Below, one piece after another: positions 59,744 through 64,000 of a DNA stretch of 64,000 nt. Under the pieces are notes generated by a model. It was not told the origin of the DNA. It did no database searches and saw only the letters and a program-made list of their open reading frames with translations. Every line of letters starts with the position of its first letter. Position 1 is the first letter of the stretch. The stretch is from positions 69,445 to 133,444 of the forward strand of contig JBDRGY010000016.1 in the NCBI GenBank assembly GCA_043817315.1, read 5' to 3'. The position numbers were made by a program, and so were the translations under genes. The DNA is from Patescibacteria group bacterium (lineage in GTDB: Bacteria; Patescibacteriota; Patescibacteriia; JBDRGY01).

Positions 59744-59998
59744 TTACTCTACTACTTTAAAAACTTCGTCATGCTCTCTAACCGGTTGGTCCACTTTGGT
59801 TCCGACACTGTCTCCTTTCTTGGCTTCTGGCACATCTTGATGTTCCACCTGCATGGAAGCCACTTCCTGTTCAAAATCAGTGGCATGTCCCTTGATGTGG
59901 ATCTTGTCTCCTACTTTAAGCTCGTCTGATAGTTCAATAATGCCCACACTGATTTTGTTGAAAAAGTGTGAGATTTTGCCTACTGGTTTTTCTTCCAT
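59744..59998 (-). CDS. Small EF-Tu-domain-2-like (beta-barrel) protein
   Basis: 84 aa, GKISHFFNKISVGIIELSDELKVGDKIHIKGHATDFEQ...; resembles the 'translation elongation factor-like' small-protein family. Confidence 0.45.
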   Translation of the reverse strand: MEEKPVGKISHFFNKISVGIIELSDELKVGDKIHIKGHATDFEQEVASMQVEHQDVPEAKKGDSVGTKVDQPVREHDEVFKVVE

Positions 59999-60065
59999 AA
60001 CCCACCTCCTTCCTTAATAATTTCACTTCTAATTCTACTCTTTTTCTTATTATTTTTCAATAAAA

Positions 60066-60312
60066 AGAGCCCCTCGTCATCCAGGCTCTAGGTGCTGCTG
60101 ATTCAGTGATGCAAATGAAGTAACGAGGGGCGTATAGTAGTCCCGATTCCAGCTTCCACTCACAAGGCTGTGCTCGCTTTACGCGGCTGACGCGTTGTCT
60201 TGCCCTGGTACCAAGGGCGCCGGAATCGGGATCATCTAAAAATGAGCGTGAACTACTATCCTACACCAACTAAAAAAACTGTCAAGCCTTGCCGACAGCT
60301 TCGGTTTTTTTA
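60066..60312 (+). ncRNA. Candidate structured ncRNA of about 245 nt, GC-rich, with its own intrinsic terminator (unidentified family)
   Basis: No ORF of 60 aa or more. GC about 50% against AT-rich flanks. Nested helices: GCCCCUCGU...ACGAGGGGC; UAGUCCCGAUUCC...GGAAUCGGGAUCAUCUA; GCCCU-GGUACCA-AGGGC; CGCG-GCUGA-CGCG. Plus-strand terminator CCGA-CAGCU-UCGG then UUUUUUU at about 60290-60312. Strand inferred from the terminator; the minus strand also has a hairpin followed by UCUUUUUAUU at the 5' end. Confidence 0.35.
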
Positions 60313-60328
60313 GCTAAATCAAGCCAAA

Positions 60329-61225
60329 TCAACCTACTTGGGATTCCGTGTATTTAAGCGCTTCTGGTAAATAGTTTATGACATCTGTCGCCATCACTGA
60401 CCGTTCGCCTATCTCCTTGGTGGCCAGATCCCCGGCCAAACCGTGCAGGTATACGGAAGTAGCTGCCGCCTCAAACAGTTTCTCCTGGTTTTGGGCACCA
60501 AGCGTGGCTATGATCCCGGATAAAACATCACCAGAGCCAGCCGTGGCTAAGCCGGGTCCCCCTGATTTATTTATTACTTGCTTACCAGCCGGTTCTGTAA
60601 TTAACGTCTCCTGCCCTTTCAATACTAAGGTCAAATTCCATTCCCGGGCATAGCGCTCTGATAATTTGTACTTATTATCTTCGATCTCTTTGGGGGACAA
60701 TTTAATCAGCCGGCCCATTTCTCCATAATGGGGTGTGATAATAGTTCGATTGGGTCGGTTGCTAAATATCTCGTCGGGGTTTCCTTCAGAAATTGCATTC
60801 AAACCATCGGCATCTATTATTAACGGTTTATCAATCTTGGCAACAACCTGCTGGATTAGAGAAACCGTTTCTGAATTACGAGTCAGACCAGGACCCAGAA
60901 CTACCATATCAACATCTTCGGATCCTTTAACAATTTCTTCCAGCGCCTTGAGTGATAAGCTGCCAGCTGGTGTCTCTGGCAAAATCAGGCTCATCATTTC
61001 CGGCAGCACTTTACGATAAACATCTTTTAGACTTTCCGGGTAGCCAAAGACAATCAGGCCGATTCCTGTCCGAAAAGCCGCTTCTGCGGTCAGCAGACCT
61101 GCTCCGGACATTCCTTTGGATCCAGCAATGATTAAAATCTTGCCAGCCTGCCGTTTATGAATATTCTGGGGCCGTTGCCAGATTATCTCGGGAAAGATGA
61201 TTTTGTCTTGGATTAGGCGTTCCAT
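60329..61225 (-). CDS. ADP-dependent NAD(P)H-hydrate dehydratase (YjeF C-terminal domain / carbohydrate-kinase fold)
   Basis: GGPGLATAGSGDVLSGIIA motif. Start trimmed to MERLIQDK (ATG 61225). A TATAAT lies 6 nt upstream, suggesting a leaderless transcript. Confidence 0.7.
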   Translation of the reverse strand: MERLIQDKIIFPEIIWQRPQNIHKRQAGKILIIAGSKGMSGAGLLTAEAAFRTGIGLIVFGYPESLKDVYRKVLPEMMSLILPETPAGSLSLKALEEIVKGSEDVDMVVLGPGLTRNSETVSLIQQVVAKIDKPLIIDADGLNAISEGNPDEIFSNRPNRTIITPHYGEMGRLIKLSPKEIEDNKYKLSERYAREWNLTLVLKGQETLITEPAGKQVINKSGGPGLATAGSGDVLSGIIATLGAQNQEKLFEAAATSVYLHGLAGDLATKEIGERSVMATDVINYLPEALKYTESQVG

Positions 61226-61272
61226 GGGTTTATTATACCAACTATATATAATAAATAATATTCTTCGAGTGA

Positions 61273-61330
61273 CCCCGCGCCGCGGGGGAATCGAGAAGTG
61301 CCCCAATAGTTCTCGATGCGCCCTTCGGGC
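61273..61330. repeat. GC-rich triple-hairpin element between dinB and the nnr-like gene
   Basis: CCCCGCG-cc-GCGGGG; UCGAGAA-gugccccaauag-UUCUCGA; GCCC-UUCG-GGC. No U tail. Confidence 0.3.
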
Positions 61331-61347
61331 TTACTCGAACAATAATT

Positions 61348-62589
61348 TTATTCTAAGGTTAATCTATTTCTGTCTAAAAACTTAACCTGTTCACTTTTGC
61401 GAAAGCCGATCCTGTCATGAGCTTGTTTGTCTAAGCCATGCATCGAACCATACATTATGGAATATTCACCGTACTTATCATTGATTCGGTCCATGGCTTG
61501 GGCAATCTTTTTGGGCTTTAGGATGTCTTCCCAAAAAGCAATCTGGGCTTGCAGGGGAATCAGGTTGCTGACTGAAATGGCTAGAAAGCTAACCTTGTCC
61601 AGCAACTTAAAAGAGTTAAAGATGCCTGAGGCTGCTTTAAAAATACTTCTGGTGTCAAAAACAGGTTTAACTAATTTCTTGTGTTTGTACATCCCCCCGC
61701 CTGATACATAGCCCCAGCCCACATAAATATTTTTAGCTTCTAAATCTTGAATGCGCAGCCGTCTCCCGGTTTTCTCGCACAATTTTAATAAGATAGAATT
61801 CAAATACTTTTTATCAGTGGTCCGCTTGGGCAGACAATAAGAATGGCCGATTGATTTGGGTTTTCTGCCTTCACCTTCTTTAACTCCGGTTAATTCAATG
61901 CCATTAACATTGGCCCATAAATAATAGCCATTCTTGCCTAGGGCCTGCATTAAATTGGTCACCGAATAGTTTTTCAAGTCATTAAGATCATAGATGCCCA
62001 AAGCGTTTAACCTGGCTTCCGTCCGGTGATTAATGCCCCAGGCATCGGTTAATTTTACTTTATCGAAAACCTTGGGCAGTTCTTCTTTTTTAATAATCAA
62101 CAATTGATCGTTGCTGGCAATATCGGAACCAAACTTAGCCAACCATCTGGTCTCGGCCAGGCCCATGCAGCTTTTCAGCCATTCGCCAATTTCCTGCTTG
62201 ATTCTTTTCTTGATCTTGAACCCGACGATCTTGGCTTGTTCTAAATTATCAACGTGGCCGGTCAAATCCAAAAAGGCTTCATCAATGCTATAGGGCTCCA
62301 CCTCGTCGGTATAATCAGCCAAAATAGAAAAAATCCGGCGGGTGATGGTCCGGTACTTGGCTGGTTCGTTTTGGAGCAACACAATATCCGGACACAAAAC
62401 CAGCGCCTCCTTGACCCGGCAGCCTGTTTTTACTCCCTGCTGTTTGGCCTCAATGGAGGAAGCAATGATGCAACCGTTCTGGGAAAGATAAGCACAGACC
62501 CCCACTGGCTTGCCACGCAGGTGGGGATTGGCCTGCTGCTCGCAGGAAGCAAAATAGGAATTCATATCGATGTGAGCGATGATAGACAT
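61348..62589 (-). CDS. dinB: DNA polymerase IV (Y-family translesion polymerase)
   Basis: MSIIAHIDMNSYFASCEQQANPHLRGKPV (catalytic DxD/SYF region), SIDEAFLDL motif; 413 aa. Confidence 0.9.
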   Translation of the reverse strand: MSIIAHIDMNSYFASCEQQANPHLRGKPVGVCAYLSQNGCIIASSIEAKQQGVKTGCRVKEALVLCPDIVLLQNEPAKYRTITRRIFSILADYTDEVEPYSIDEAFLDLTGHVDNLEQAKIVGFKIKKRIKQEIGEWLKSCMGLAETRWLAKFGSDIASNDQLLIIKKEELPKVFDKVKLTDAWGINHRTEARLNALGIYDLNDLKNYSVTNLMQALGKNGYYLWANVNGIELTGVKEGEGRKPKSIGHSYCLPKRTTDKKYLNSILLKLCEKTGRRLRIQDLEAKNIYVGWGYVSGGGMYKHKKLVKPVFDTRSIFKAASGIFNSFKLLDKVSFLAISVSNLIPLQAQIAFWEDILKPKKIAQAMDRINDKYGEYSIMYGSMHGLDKQAHDRIGFRKSEQVKFLDRNRLTLE

Positions 62590-62590
62590 A

Positions 62591-62839
62591 TTACCCGTCG
62601 TAATAAAGCTCCTCTAACTGCCAGTTAAAATCCCTGGTGTTAAAACTTAATTTAAAATAATTGGCTTCATCAGAAACCGAGAAGTGATACAGCTTGTCAT
62701 TACCCGCCTTCTGACAATGAACCAGGTTAACTTTGTTAACGATGTACCGCTTGCCGCGCCATTCAAAAACCAGCGGCCTCATTTTATTTAGACCAAAAGA
62801 TACCAATACCTTAATTGGCTCGTTAATCGTTTCGTACAT
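62591..62839 (-). CDS. Conserved small protein (82 aa) translationally coupled between lexA and dinB (possible YolD-like polymerase accessory factor)
   Basis: ATG overlaps the lexA stop (TAATG); its own stop lies 1 nt before the dinB ATG. No recognisable catalytic motif. Confidence 0.45.
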   Translation of the reverse strand: MYETINEPIKVLVSFGLNKMRPLVFEWRGKRYIVNKVNLVHCQKAGNDKLYHFSVSDEANYFKLSFNTRDFNWQLEELYYDG

Positions 62840-63447
62840 TAAACCTGGCTAAACTTTCTAAAGATCCCCCGAACGATTCCCTGGATCGATGGATTCTTGG
62901 CAAAGATCGGTTTCATCTTTTTGTTGGCCGGTTGTAATCTGATTCGATTCTTTTCCCGAAAATACTTTTTCAGAGTAGCGTAAGTATTGTCCAGCAGGGC
63001 CACCACCACATCTCCATTTTGGGGATAATAATTCTGCTCCACAATCACGTAGTCTCCGTCTAGGATTCCTTCGTCAATCATAGATTCACCTTTGACCTTC
63101 AAAACAAACGAGCTATGATTTCTCACCAGATCAGCCGGCACTGTAATTATTTCCTGTTCTTCTATGGCTTCAATGGGCTCACCAGCTGTAATCAAGCCAG
63201 CCAAGGGCAGCTGAATGGCTGATCCTTTTTTAAACACTTTGGTTGACAACCTGATGGATCGCGGCGAAGAAGTGCTGCTTAAATAACCCTTCTGCTTTAA
63301 ATGCCGCAAATGAGCGTGAATAGTGGCCGGGGAAGTCAGGCCAAAATTAGCCCCGATTTCCCGAAGCGACGGGGGGTAGTCATGAGTATTAATATACTCC
63401 ACCAGGTAATTAAGGATTTCAGCTTGTTTTTTAGTCAGATTAGCCAT
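62839..63447 (-). CDS. lexA: LexA repressor
   Basis: N-terminal winged HTH (LREIGANFGLTSPATIHAHLRHLKQKGYL), Ala-Gly cleavage site (ITAGEP), S24 peptidase Ser (VKGESM) and Lys (TLKK). Confidence 0.9.
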   Translation of the reverse strand: MANLTKKQAEILNYLVEYINTHDYPPSLREIGANFGLTSPATIHAHLRHLKQKGYLSSTSSPRSIRLSTKVFKKGSAIQLPLAGLITAGEPIEAIEEQEIITVPADLVRNHSSFVLKVKGESMIDEGILDGDYVIVEQNYYPQNGDVVVALLDNTYATLKKYFREKNRIRLQPANKKMKPIFAKNPSIQGIVRGIFRKFSQV

Positions 63448-63459
63448 ATTTTAGTCTCC

Positions 63460-63500
63460 TTTATTTAATTATCCACATCTATTATATATTATACACGAAC
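63460..63500 (-). promoter_or_regulatory. lexA promoter with an embedded GTTC-N7-GTTC direct repeat (candidate LexA operator)
   Basis: Minus strand: TTGATG-ttcgctttttgttcgtg-TATAAT. The 17-nt spacer contains GTTCgctttttGTTC. Confidence 0.4.
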
Positions 63501-63562
63501 AAAAAGCGAACATCAAGGGGTAAATAAAAAACCCCCGCCGGGGCACCCCCCCTGTCGCTTTT

Positions 63563-64000
63563 TTAGCTCAGCTTCCCTATTTCATAAATTATCTGATAAA
63601 TAATGCCCACCAGTAACAGAACAATCAAAGTGTAGCTAGCCCAATTGGGAATCTTTACTTCGTAAGCCGGCTTAAGTTTGCCCTTGGTCTTGGCTTTCAA
63701 AAAAATCAGAATAACCACAATCGCTTCCACGGCCAACATGATAGCTCCAATAATGGCAATGATATTAATAAAGTTTTTTAGACCCATGAAAAACATGGCC
63801 AGAGGGACAAAAACGGTGATGGCCCAGGATAAAAGATGGGGTATTTTAAAATCGTACCAAAAAACTTTTTTCAGGGTCAGACCCAAAGTCAGAAAAGAAG
63901 TAAAAGTCGTCAACAAACCAAAAATAAAACCCAGATAAATTATCCGGCCGCCCCAGACATTTTGCAATCCGGAAATAGCTTCCTCTGTTGTGGCCTCCCC
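63563..64000 (-). CDS. Polytopic membrane protein, C-terminal part (the reading frame stays open to the window edge)
   Basis: Four or more TM helices (LGFIFGLLTTFTSFLTLGL...). The minus-strand frame has no stop between the listed Met and position 64000. A hairpin plus U-run terminator sits at about 63510-63550. Confidence 0.5.
   Translation of the reverse strand, partial: GEATTEEAISGLQNVWGGRIIYLGFIFGLLTTFTSFLTLGLTLKKVFWYDFKIPHLLSWAITVFVPLAMFFMGLKNFINIIAIIGAIMLAVEAIVVILIFLKAKTKGKLKPAYEVKIPNWASYTLIVLLLVGIIYQIIYEIGKLS

Noticed and set aside
60066-60312. Assigning the structured RNA to tmRNA, RNase P RNA, SRP RNA or 6S RNA
   Set aside because: No tRNA-like ends or tag reading frame (tmRNA). No GGAAAGUCCGG/P4 motifs (RNase P). 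No GGAAGCAGCC domain-IV motif (SRP). Multi-branch rather than single long hairpin (6S). Left as an unclassified ncRNA candidate.
1-64000. CRISPR arrays, reverse-transcriptase/DGR or retron modules, transposases/integrases
   Set aside because: No regularly spaced direct repeats, no RT-like ORF (no YxDD motif among the translations) and no recombinase ORFs were seen. Island boundaries are inferred from composition and terminators only.

Overview
This window is mostly AT-rich (about 40% GC by eye) bacterial chromosome carrying housekeeping genes. Three kinds of accessory sequence interrupt it, and there is a partial GC-rich gene at the left edge.

Housekeeping genes recognised by motif: uvrC, secG, two adjacent tRNA-Leu loci (one intact, one fragment), RNase J, trpS, plsC, murI, a phosphoglucomutase operon, an Elp3-like radical-SAM/GNAT gene, glyA-folD, ychF, rpsF-ssb-rpsR-efp, recA, a RodZ-like gene, ftsK, rpoB-rpoC, a MurE-like ligase, two tandem CaCA exchangers, cutA, an Nnr dehydratase and an SOS cassette lexA-orf82-dinB.

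Accessory content:
1. Four large secreted proteins share a C-terminal array of 6-9 FG-GAP-like repeats that probably form a beta-propeller: two tandem giants of 1463 and 1725 aa, an S8 subtilase of 1094 aa and an 846-aa protein. Each tandem giant sits behind a near-perfect sigma70 promoter followed by a leader that contains an intrinsic-terminator-like hairpin.
2. A GC-rich island (about 40.95-45.56 kb) is bracketed by terminators. It encodes a secreted 206-aa protein, a 976-aa protein with a putative clan-CD (His-Gly dyad / hydrophobic-strand Cys) protease region and a Bacteroidota-type T9SS C-terminal sorting domain, and three tandem paralogous Sec-secreted 4-cysteine peptides. This is the strongest candidate for a previously undescribed horizontally acquired module.
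3. Several GC-rich structured non-coding candidates, the best being about 245 nt at 60.07-60.31 kb with its own terminator.

No CRISPR array, reverse transcriptase or obvious transposase was seen. All functional assignments rest on motifs read by eye from the ORF translations; no database search was possible.
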